Shown here: positions 56,567 through 64,000 of the stretch, piece after piece
Layout: each line of letters opens with the position of its first letter
How positions within the stretch are numbered: position 1 is the first letter of the stretch
Virus record (IMG/VR): IMGVR_UViG_3300033149_002847
Origin: an uncultured virus (IMG/VR IMGVR_UViG_3300033149_002847)
Lineage: Duplodnaviria > Heunggongvirae > Uroviricota > Caudoviricetes
Direction: 5' to 3' (one strand)
DNA: 64,000 nt
Notes under the pieces: generated by a model
Told to the model about the DNA's origin: nothing
The model's input: the letters and a program-made list of their open reading frames with translations, nothing else
The model's database searches: none
Translations under genes and position numbers: made by a program

Positions 56567-57060
56567 TGGGTAATTATGCTAATAATACAAGTGTGAGTCC
56601 TGAAAAATCTCAGGCAGAAATTCAAAATACTCTCCGTAAATATGGAGCTGATAGGTTTGGAACTATGGAAGAAAAATCCAAAGCCCATGTTATGTTTTCT
56701 TATTCTGGATTATCGATACAAATATCAATTACTCTTCCTGAAAAGTCTGTATTTGAAACTACTGAAACAGGGCGTGAACGTTCTAAATCTGCAATTGAAT
56801 CCAGTTATAATCAGGCAATCCGGCAAAGATGGAGAGCTTTGTTACTTGCTATTAAAGCAAAACTTGAAGCTATTGAATGTGGAATTTCTACTATTGAAGA
56901 AGAATTTATGGCTTTTGTTATAATGCCTGATGGAATGCCGTTATCCAGTCATATTTTACCAAAACTTCAAACTATGATAAAACTGGTAAAATGCCTAAAT
57001 TACTTTCTTATGGGGGAGAATAATGGCAATAATTTCAATACCATCAGTAACCAAAATTAA
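56566..57060 (+). CDS. Hypothetical phage protein (C-terminus probably frameshifted; true stop likely 57023)
   Basis: YA..TSVS.EKS..EI...L..YGA, RQRWRALLL.IKAKLEA, EEEFMAF. Confidence 0.7.
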   Translation: MGNYANNTSVSPEKSQAEIQNTLRKYGADRFGTMEEKSKAHVMFSYSGLSIQISITLPEKSVFETTETGRERSKSAIESSYNQAIRQRWRALLLAIKAKLEAIECGISTIEEEFMAFVIMPDGMPLSSHILPKLQTMIKLVKCLNYFLMGENNGNNFNTISNQN

Positions 57061-57223
57061 AAGAAAAGACAGAAAAAATAATTGGAGTGGGACAAATACT
57101 ATAAAACAACAAGCATATAACGCTTATAAGGAATTTTTAGCAACTAAAAAAGGAATGTTATATTCTGATGATGAAAAATCAAAAGTATTATTTATTGCTG
57201 GATTCATAAGAGGACGAAAATAA
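57023..57223 (+). CDS. Hypothetical protein
   Basis: SD GGAG, coupled ORF. Confidence 0.55.
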   Translation: MAIISIPSVTKIKRKDRKNNWSGTNTIKQQAYNAYKEFLATKKGMLYSDDEKSKVLFIAGFIRGRK

Positions 57224-57690
57224 TGAAATATAACTTTAAACAAGAAACTAATACAGCAAAGCTGCCGACCAGGCATACAGAATTATCGGCTGGAGTAGAT
57301 TTTTACGCTGATGAAGAAGTTTATATCCCTAACGGACAATCAAGGATAATTTCTACTGGTATTTCTTGGAACCCTGATACTTTTATTGAAAGACTTGGAG
57401 AATATAGAAATGTATGTCTTATTATTCAATCCCGATCTGGACTTGCTTTTAATGAAGATATAGAGGCTTCTAATGCAGGGGTAATTGATCAAGATTATGT
57501 TTCTACTAAAGAAAATAAAGCCATTATCAAGGTAAAACTATATAATCATGGAAAGAGGAATAAACTAATTTTGTTAGGTGATAAAATCTGTCAGGGTGTC
57601 CCTAGTTTTGTTCCATTCTTTGATGATATAGAAACTCTTGACGATAACCGAAATGGTTTGGGTTTTGGCAGTTCGGATAAGAAAGAATAA
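57223..57690 (+). CDS. dut: Trimeric dUTPase
   Basis: SAGVDF, SRSGLA, AGVIDQDY, GDKICQ, R..GFGSS. Confidence 0.92.
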   Translation: MKYNFKQETNTAKLPTRHTELSAGVDFYADEEVYIPNGQSRIISTGISWNPDTFIERLGEYRNVCLIIQSRSGLAFNEDIEASNAGVIDQDYVSTKENKAIIKVKLYNHGKRNKLILLGDKICQGVPSFVPFFDDIETLDDNRNGLGFGSSDKKE

Positions 57691-57878
57691 TGGAAACTGA
57701 TAAGGAAATTTTAGATAATATAGAATCTGCCTGTACATTTAATAATATAGGTGTTCTTATTGGATACGTAACAGCAGTTAGACATATAAAAGGTGATAAG
57801 ATTGCATCTTTAATGTATAGAATATTTACAGCTAAAGATGAAACTATTGAACTTATTAGGGAGGAGCTTAAATTGTGA
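57690..57878 (+). CDS. Hypothetical protein
   Basis: Coupled ORF. Confidence 0.5.
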   Translation: METDKEILDNIESACTFNNIGVLIGYVTAVRHIKGDKIASLMYRIFTAKDETIELIREELKL

Positions 57879-58174
57879 ATAGTTTAAATTCTGTGCTATT
57901 GGAAGGCGTTATAACAACAAACCCAGAATACAAAAAATCTATAAATAATATGTTAATCGGGACATTTACCCTTAAATCTACCAGATTTTATAAAAATAAC
58001 GATGAAACAGTAAAAGAGTTTTGCCATTTTAATATAGTTATGAACGGTAATCTTGCTGATGATATGAAAGAATTCTTAACAACAGATAAATCAGTTAGGG
58101 TTGTTGGTAGGCTTAATGAAAAATCTGGAAGTATAACTATAATTGCCGATCATATAGAATTCAAAAAAGGATAA
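57875..58174 (+). CDS. Second, tail-less SSB/PriB-like OB-fold protein
   Basis: LNSVLLEG, VRVVGRL, IIADHIEF; no acidic tail. Confidence 0.75.
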   Translation: MNSLNSVLLEGVITTNPEYKKSINNMLIGTFTLKSTRFYKNNDETVKEFCHFNIVMNGNLADDMKEFLTTDKSVRVVGRLNEKSGSITIIADHIEFKKG

Positions 58175-58178
58175 AAAT

Positions 58179-58844
58179 ATGAAAACTACATTGGTAATAA
58201 TAAGTTTTATTTATCTCTTATCGTATGGTCAATATTATATAACTGAAAACATTGCATTACGTGATAAATACAACACAATGAACAATTCCTGGCAGCAAAA
58301 ATATGATGGTATAGAAACTGATCGGGATTATCTCTTAAACCAGAAAGTATTTACTAAAACTCCAGTATTCCTATTTCCTTTAGTAATGGCTGATTATGAT
58401 GATATTTCTTCTTATTTTGGTAATCGTTTATATCCATTGAGAGGAAATGCAGGTGGAACACTTTACAAGCCTCATTATGCAATTGATATAGTCGGTTCTG
58501 AAGGAGCTAGGTGTAAACTTATAGCTAAAGCCAGAGTGAAAGATAAATGGCATGAAGCAGGTTGGCATTATGTTAATGGAGCCTGGAAAGAGTATTCTGG
58601 TCATGGTGATTATAACGGTTATGTAATATTTGAATTACTAGATCAATGGGAGGGATGGGAAGCTGGATATGGACATATAGCAAGTATCACAGTACATGAA
58701 AATGATACTATTGAAGCTGGATATGAATTTGCTATTATCAATCCTGAAGTAGATTCTAAAAGCACCGGTCCTCATACTCATTTTTGGTTAAAGAACCCAT
58801 CTGGTGAATATGTAAATCCTATGAATTATATAGGGAAAATCTAA
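58179..58844 (+). CDS. M23 family peptidase with N-terminal anchor
   Basis: SSYFGNR, HYAID, YGH, STGPHTHF, VNP. Confidence 0.85.
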   Translation: MKTTLVIISFIYLLSYGQYYITENIALRDKYNTMNNSWQQKYDGIETDRDYLLNQKVFTKTPVFLFPLVMADYDDISSYFGNRLYPLRGNAGGTLYKPHYAIDIVGSEGARCKLIAKARVKDKWHEAGWHYVNGAWKEYSGHGDYNGYVIFELLDQWEGWEAGYGHIASITVHENDTIEAGYEFAIINPEVDSKSTGPHTHFWLKNPSGEYVNPMNYIGKI

Positions 58845-59059
58845 TGAATGAATCAACTTGTTTAAATATAGTCGATAAATGGATTAAATCAACAAAAGAT
58901 CGTCAAATTAAGAAGCAATTCCTTACACTGAAAGATTTTATAATGGATGATTTAGAATATACTCATAGAGCTGATTCTATGCTGAAAATGGTAGAATTTC
59001 TTGATTCCCTGGATCAAAATAAAGAGGTAATAATAGTTAGAAACTATATTAATTTGTAG
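58844..59059 (+). CDS. Hypothetical protein
   Basis: TAATG coupling. Confidence 0.55.
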   Translation: MNESTCLNIVDKWIKSTKDRQIKKQFLTLKDFIMDDLEYTHRADSMLKMVEFLDSLDQNKEVIIVRNYINL

Positions 59060-59088
59060 TTGACAAAGTATTTAAACGGGTGTAAACT
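59060..59088 (+). promoter_or_regulatory. Early-type promoter with conserved AACRRGTG motif, driving the ncRNA island
   Basis: TTGACA-AAGTATTTAAACGGGTG-TAAACT. Confidence 0.8.
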
Positions 59089-59255
59089 TTAGTTACTTTT
59101 AGGAGTTTTTCTAAGATCTTTAAAACATATTTTGGAAAAGGGAGGTAATATATGTTCCCCCATAACCAAAGGAGATAGTACAAAAAATCCAATTGGTTAG
59201 GCCTTAAGCAAAAGGTAGTTATAGGAAAAGGGGATATTCTTACAACAACATTAAA

Positions 59256-59323
59256 GCCAGATTAGCTCAGTGGCAGAGCTGTTGTGCGCAATGTAAGCTC
59301 CGGTTCAACTCCGGGATCTGGTT
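59256..59323 (+). tRNA. tRNA-like RNA with a collapsed 4-nt anticodon loop (no assignable anticodon)
   Basis: Acceptor GCCAGAT/ATCTGGT; D arm GCTC-AGTGGCA-GAGC; T arm TCCGG-TTCAACT-CCGGG; middle arm GTTG-TGCG-CAAT. Confidence 0.7.
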
Positions 59324-59515
59324 ATATTGGACATGCCTTCTTAGGAAAGGATCACCAATAAAAACCTTATTATCATGGTAATAAGGGGTACGAAAGAGAA
59401 ATTGTTGATTTAGATTTTTTTTGATCGGTAGCCTTGTGCAAGCCAAGTTCTTTTTAATTGAGGTTGTAAAGAGTAGGTTCTATACAACATAGCCTTCCAT
59501 GAGAGGCTTTTACTT

Positions 59516-59669
59516 CGGCAAGTGGTGAAATTGGTAAACACATGAGTATTTTTAAATGTATGGTTATTCGTTGATTGAAAGGGCAGAATGTAAAATTTAA
59601 AACTTTCCCTTACGCACATTAGAGTGTGAAAAAACTCCATGCTTGCAGGTTCGACTCCTGCCTTGCTTA
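59516..59669 (+). ncRNA. tRNA-like RNA with an 86-nt insert replacing the anticodon loop
   Basis: Acceptor GGCAAG/CTTGCT; D arm GTG-AAATTGGTAAA-CAC; GAGT...ACTC; T arm GCAGG-TTCGACT-CCTGC. Confidence 0.7.
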
Positions 59670-59792
59670 TAACCCTAAAAACTTCTTAGAAGATATAAAT
59701 GGGGTTAATATCGGAAACGAACAAAGTTTATTACAAGCATGTATTTCCTGCTTACTCCGATAAGGTAGGGAATATTTTAAAAAGGAGAGATT

Positions 59793-60065
59793 ATGATTGA
59801 TATTAGTAAATTGAATAAAGCTGAAGTACTGGCAGGATTATACAACGCCTCTAAAGTTCAAGGTATGGGGTTTTTACAGGCTGTTGATGGAGAAATGACA
59901 ACAGAACAGGCAGAAGCAGAATTAAAAGAAACTCATAGTTTTGACTATCTACATGGTAAAGTAATGAAAATAGATCTATCTGATGATGAATTCGAAGAAT
60001 GGTTATATGACAGAGATAATGGTCAAGGAGCTGCACAATCGGTTATTGATAAACTATTAACATAA
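59793..60065 (+). CDS. Hypothetical phage protein
   Basis: Strong SD; LYNAS, FDYLHGKVMKIDL, YDRDNG. Confidence 0.7.
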   Translation: MIDISKLNKAEVLAGLYNASKVQGMGFLQAVDGEMTTEQAEAELKETHSFDYLHGKVMKIDLSDDEFEEWLYDRDNGQGAAQSVIDKLLT

Positions 60066-60089
60066 ATGATATGGTGAAAGGAGAATAAT

Positions 60090-60329
60090 ATGGCATGTGA
60101 ATGTTTAACAAAAAGTTTAAAAAAGCTTCAGGAAGAGTATAAAGATAGTGATGGAAGCTATAATACTGTTGGAACAATAAATTTTGTTACTGGGAAAGGT
60201 TCTACTAAATGGCCTTATTTAGTATTCAGTTATAGACGGAAAAAGAAAGATAATATCCCTTATAAAAATCAGGATCATATTAAAATTATGCCTAATTATT
60301 GCCCTATTTGTGGTACTAAATACGAATAA
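60090..60329 (+). CDS. Zinc-finger hypothetical protein
   Basis: CEC...NYCPICG. Confidence 0.6.
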   Translation: MACECLTKSLKKLQEEYKDSDGSYNTVGTINFVTGKGSTKWPYLVFSYRRKKKDNIPYKNQDHIKIMPNYCPICGTKYE

Positions 60330-61810
60330 TGTTAAGAAAACATCAAGTTGAAGTAGTAGAGGTTTGTGAAGAAATAAATCAAGGTAAGCCTATCAATAAG
60401 GTTTACCTTGATTGTCACCCTGGATCTGGAAAAAGTGGTGATTCTGTATTATTTGCTAAATATCTTATAGGAACTTCAGTAGATAAAATTTGTCATGTAG
60501 CACCCAGAAAATCCTTGGTCTATCAAATTGAAGAAGATATGATAGATCCTTTCTTTGATTCTGGGAGAATAATAAGAGTTGCCGACAATAGACCCGACCC
60601 ATCAAGAGGGTTAGATGGATTTGCAATTACTTATCAAGCAATAGTTTCTAATGCCGAAAATTTAATAGAAGATTTTAAAAAACATAAATACTGTTTAGTT
60701 TTAGATGAAAATCATCACATATTATTAGAAGGTAGTTGGGAGTTGCCTTTAAAACAATTGATAGAACTTTCAAAGTTAACCGTATTCCTTACAGGAACAG
60801 CGTTTAGAGGGGATGGGCAACCTATTTCCTATTTTCCTTATAAAGATGGTCACTTTGACAAAACACCCTCTGAGAACACTAGATTTATCACTTATACCCG
60901 ATCCGATGCACTCAAAGAACAGGCTATTATTCCAGTTAAATTAAATATGATAGATGGATCTGGTTCATATGAGAAAAAAGGTGAAATAATAGAATATAGT
61001 ACTATTACAAAAGAACACCTAAGAGCTGCTATTAAAAGTGATTATGCTTTTCAGGTAATTGATTCTGTCATGATAGATTTTATGGAATACAGAAAACATT
61101 ACCCATTAGCTCAAATAATTTTAGTAGGTACCGATATAAAGACTTCAAGATCTTACTCTGAACATATAAATAAAAAATGGTGTAAATGTGTAGCTGTAGA
61201 TTCTGAAATGAATGACTCTGTTGATAAGATTATATCTTTCAGAGAAGGCATGTTCCCAGCTCTAAGTAGCTGTAACCAAGCATATGAAGGGTTGGACGCA
61301 CCAAATACAGCTTTCATGATCATATTAACCCATATACGCTCCGAGCCTTGGTTAGTCCAATGTATAAATAGGGCAACAAGATCTAAACCATGGAAAGACT
61401 ATGCTTATATTACAGCTCCAGCAGATCCAGAATTCCAGCAATTTTTTAAACACTGGATATGGGAACAAGAACAATGCCTTGAAGAAAAAAAGGGAAAGGG
61501 TAATGGATCTGGTAACAGTGGACAAAAACCGGAAATAGAAATTCTTTCAGGAAAAGCTCATATAACACCATCCAGTAAAGAAAAGCTTCTCAGGGAAGAA
61601 ATAAATACAGTAATAAATTCCTACATATCAGAAAAATCCAAAAAAATGATAGATGGGGAGCTTAAATTTGTGCATACCGAGTCAATGAGGAGAAGGAAGA
61701 TTCTATGGTATCGAATATATGCTAAAATAGGTAGAAAATGTCAATTAAAAGAAATGACTTATGAGGAAATGGAAATTGCTAAAACTATGATGGAGGAGTT
61801 AACAAGATGA
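60329..61810 (+). CDS. Superfamily 2 helicase
   Basis: LRKHQ, PGSGKS, VAP, TYQ, LDENHH, LTGT, EGLD, QCINRATR. Confidence 0.85.
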   Translation: MLRKHQVEVVEVCEEINQGKPINKVYLDCHPGSGKSGDSVLFAKYLIGTSVDKICHVAPRKSLVYQIEEDMIDPFFDSGRIIRVADNRPDPSRGLDGFAITYQAIVSNAENLIEDFKKHKYCLVLDENHHILLEGSWELPLKQLIELSKLTVFLTGTAFRGDGQPISYFPYKDGHFDKTPSENTRFITYTRSDALKEQAIIPVKLNMIDGSGSYEKKGEIIEYSTITKEHLRAAIKSDYAFQVIDSVMIDFMEYRKHYPLAQIILVGTDIKTSRSYSEHINKKWCKCVAVDSEMNDSVDKIISFREGMFPALSSCNQAYEGLDAPNTAFMIILTHIRSEPWLVQCINRATRSKPWKDYAYITAPADPEFQQFFKHWIWEQEQCLEEKKGKGNGSGNSGQKPEIEILSGKAHITPSSKEKLLREEINTVINSYISEKSKKMIDGELKFVHTESMRRRKILWYRIYAKIGRKCQLKEMTYEEMEIAKTMMEELTR

Positions 61811-61902
61811 ATAAGATGGTAAAAATTGCATTTGGAGTATATACAATAGCTTTAATGATTTTTGGTATTTATGGGATAATATCCATGTTATTTGTTTGGT
61901 GA
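61807..61902 (+). CDS. 31-aa single-TM peptide (absent from the ORF track)
   Basis: MNKMVKIAFGVYTIALMIFGIYGIISMLFVW; SD GGAGG, ATGA overlap. Confidence 0.6.
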   Translation: MNKMVKIAFGVYTIALMIFGIYGIISMLFVW

Positions 61903-61906
61903 ATTT

Positions 61907-61929
61907 AAAAACCCCTCCGTTAAGAGGGG
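61907..61929 (-). terminator. Intrinsic terminator
   Basis: CCCCTC-TTAACG-GAGGGG-TTTTT on the minus strand. Confidence 0.7.
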
Positions 61930-62094
61930 AAACAAGGAAAGAAAATGAAAAGTAGAACTGGCGGTTCCTACTTACTATAATATAAAACCGTACTTTAAGT
62001 AAAGTGTAATTAAATAAATAATAAGAAATGATATTGTGATATTGACATTAAATTACTATTTTGTTGTATTATATATACAAAGAAAGGAGAATGT

Positions 62095-62406
62095 ATGGAT
62101 ATAAGAGGAAATTTAAAAACAATAAATAAACTAAAGAAAATTAAGACTAAAGTTAAGGATATAAATTTTAATATTGACGATAAAATAGAGTCTTGTGTTA
62201 TTATGCTTCAAACTGAAGAAAAAAAATTAGTGGAATGGACAAGAGGATATGATAATGTTTCTTCTTTTCTTAAATATGGATATGTACGAATTACTAAAAT
62301 GTGTCCATATCGGCATAGAAAATGTATTGGTGAGAAATGTAGCTTATATTTTATCATGAATAATACAGGTGATTGTGTTCATATATGGAATGTAATTCAA
62401 AATTAA
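62095..62406 (+). CDS. Hypothetical Cys-rich protein
   Basis: SD AAAGGAG; CPY...CIGEKC...C. Confidence 0.6.
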   Translation: MDIRGNLKTINKLKKIKTKVKDINFNIDDKIESCVIMLQTEEKKLVEWTRGYDNVSSFLKYGYVRITKMCPYRHRKCIGEKCSLYFIMNNTGDCVHIWNVIQN

Positions 62407-62414
62407 TTTTAACC

Positions 62415-63704
62415 TTATAAACATTTCCTTATATATATTATTGAATAAAATGCTGGTTTAGTGTCTATTGTATCATTAGCAAATCCACCATCTCCAGTAT
62501 CCATCGTTTTAGTATTAATTGTAATTGATCCTGTTTGTGTTGCACTATTCGTATCTCCTGGATCTTTAGCTACAATAAGAATATTTCCATTACCATCGGT
62601 ATTAACTGCAACCATTCCAGTAGTATTATTGGTATATAACCCACCCATACCTTTTACAGAAGTTGCACCAGATGTTTTAAATGTACCTGCTGAGTCTCCA
62701 GTTAAAGATAAGTTTATCGTATTAACACTGTGATTATGAGTTGGCATTGTATGAATATGGGAATTGCCAGAAAAAGTACCTGTATGGTTATGATCAGCAT
62801 TATGAGTATGGACCGGTAATTCTGCACTACTAATAGTGTGAGTATTATTTCCTCCTGTTGCTGCTACTCCTGCCACTACTTTACCCATTACAAATTTATC
62901 TACTAAATCAGGACAACTCTGAACTGAATTTCCAGCTATACATGCAAACCAACCAGGTAAAGTACTATTATCTACCCATGCTCCTGAATTTCCAGCACCT
63001 CCAGAAACATTGTTTGCATCAAACATAATAATTGTTCCAATTGGTAAGAAATCAGTATTGTCTACATAAGCTTTATTATCAACTATTTTTGTTTTCATAT
63101 CGCTTATCGATCCATTACGATAAATAGATGTTATGTCAGTTGTCCAACTTGTATTATTAGCTCCTATCTTTTCTGCATCTACATTATAAATATTTGCATC
63201 TACTACACTTACTGAAGCAGCAGGAACTAATATTTCTGCTATTTTAATCCATCCTGATTCTACAGCTAAAGCAACCCCGGTTCCTGGAGTTCCTGCTAAT
63301 ACCTTAATTTCTGTTTTGTATTCTGTTTTGGTATCGATAGTAGAGCTAGATATAGCTTTTGTAACAGGATCTTTGAATTGTCTTGTCAATGGGGTTGTAT
63401 CTTCAATAAATCTTCTAACCTCTATAATATCTCTTCTATCAAGTGTTGCATGAGAAGCAGTTATGATTCCTATTAAGGCTTCACCTATAAGAAAAGTACC
63501 CACAGTATCGTCTTTTGCTATTCCAGCCTCTATTTGTACTGTCATATCAGGTACACCTGCTTCAGATACAGACATTCCACTAACAATCATATTATCACCC
63601 AAAATATCTGTTGCAAAATCAAAGCTTTCCATCAAATCAATAGAATTCTCAACAACATCTACGGTGTAAATTATTTCATTACCTTCCCAACGTCCTATTC
63701 TCAT
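62415..63704 (-). CDS. Tail fibre / tail-collar domain protein
   Basis: PDMTV.I.AG, RRDII, GWIKIAEI.V, LPIGTIIMF, GW..C, PDL.DKFV.G, ELPVHTH and further HxH motifs, P.FY...YI.K. Confidence 0.8.
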   Translation of the reverse strand: MRIGRWEGNEIIYTVDVVENSIDLMESFDFATDILGDNMIVSGMSVSEAGVPDMTVQIEAGIAKDDTVGTFLIGEALIGIITASHATLDRRDIIEVRRFIEDTTPLTRQFKDPVTKAISSSTIDTKTEYKTEIKVLAGTPGTGVALAVESGWIKIAEILVPAASVSVVDANIYNVDAEKIGANNTSWTTDITSIYRNGSISDMKTKIVDNKAYVDNTDFLPIGTIIMFDANNVSGGAGNSGAWVDNSTLPGWFACIAGNSVQSCPDLVDKFVMGKVVAGVAATGGNNTHTISSAELPVHTHNADHNHTGTFSGNSHIHTMPTHNHSVNTINLSLTGDSAGTFKTSGATSVKGMGGLYTNNTTGMVAVNTDGNGNILIVAKDPGDTNSATQTGSITINTKTMDTGDGGFANDTIDTKPAFYSIIYIRKCL

Positions 63705-64000
63705 GTTCTTATCTCCCTGGTAAAAATCCCTTTAATTCCACTGGCTTTTACCGTATCTAATAATGACTGATAGTAGGTATCAGTATAACTTGATGTAGCA
63801 CTAGAAAACATAGCATCCTGATCTAAATAAGAAGCATTTTCGTAAATTATTCCAGCGTCCCATACCGATGCAAAATAAGTAGCAGGACCGGCATCTATAT
63901 ATACTAATTCGTAAAAAGGATATAATTTCAAACCAAATTCTATTCTATCCAATAAAAAATCAACTATTTTAGTAAATTTGATATCTACATTATAAGTTCC
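63701..64000 (-). CDS. Probable baseplate protein, partial (frame open to window edge)
   Basis: Frame open from 64000; ends LLDTVKASGIK; directly upstream of the fibre gene. Confidence 0.55.
   Translation of the reverse strand, partial: GTYNVDIKFTKIVDFLLDRIEFGLKLYPFYELVYIDAGPATYFASVWDAGIIYENASYLDQDAMFSSATSSYTDTYYQSLLDTVKASGIKGIFTREIRT

Noticed and set aside
56473..56688. Minus-strand 71-aa ORF
   Set aside because: Antisense to the Arc-like gene and its coupled neighbour, which have SD and motif support.
59190..59250. Pistol ribozyme or c-di-GMP riboswitch
   Set aside because: Only a superficial GGTTAGG/TTAAGC resemblance; the required helices and conserved cores could not be built by eye.
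59280..59298. Assigning anticodon GCA (Cys) or TGC (Ala) to the first tRNA-like element
   Set aside because: Neither triplet can be centred in a 7-nt loop on a 5-bp stem.
59548..59633. Group I intron in a tRNA-Leu(UAA), or tmRNA
   Set aside because: The insert is far too short for a catalytic core, the long variable arm of tRNA-Leu is missing, and a true D stem with no tag frame argues against tmRNA.
59410..59640. Minus-strand 76-aa ORF across the ncRNA island
   Set aside because: No SD or motif, and it is antisense to a tRNA-like fold and the plus-strand promoter.
61945..61980. Plus-strand 11-aa ORF MKSRTGGSYLL
   Set aside because: It has an SD-like lead but is better explained as the complement of the minus-strand RNA candidate; it cannot be excluded.
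1..64000. Integrase/att site, reverse transcriptase (DGR or retron), Cas genes, IS elements, alternative genetic code
   Set aside because: No matching motifs were seen, and long genes read through intact under the standard code.

Overview
The window is a continuous stretch of an AT-rich tailed dsDNA phage genome; no host chromosomal genes, integrase or CRISPR array are visible. Most genes are on the minus strand. Positions 1-29 kb hold head and packaging genes: major capsid, prohead protease-scaffold, MuF, portal and large terminase. Interleaved with them are three probable injected polyvalent proteins (DarB-like methylase-helicase, DdrB-like ParB, and zeta-kinase plus pyrophosphatase), a holin/spanin lysis cassette, peptide deformylase and a frameshifted C5 methyltransferase. 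Positions 29-56 kb hold many small genes, ThyX, a radical SAM enzyme, an initiator plus DnaC-like loader, an N6 methyltransferase, NinG, an antirepressor, SSB and a one-chain Mre11-Rad50 fusion. A plus-strand arm (56.4-62.4 kb) carries an Arc-like repressor, dUTPase, a second SSB, an M23 peptidase, a roughly 700-nt non-coding island and an SF2 helicase. Tail-fibre and baseplate genes enter from the right edge. The spanins imply a diderm host, and the SSBs look spirochaete-like from memory (unverified). Most notable are: (1) a shared probable capsid-targeting module and K-S/A cleavage motifs linking the scaffold, capsid and injected proteins; (2) two tRNA-shaped RNAs without a normal anticodon loop, one carrying an 86-nt structured insert; (3) tiny promoter-to-terminator RNAs that display anti-Shine-Dalgarno sequences; and (4) several RNA-level controls on late genes. 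All family calls come from motif recognition, not database searches.
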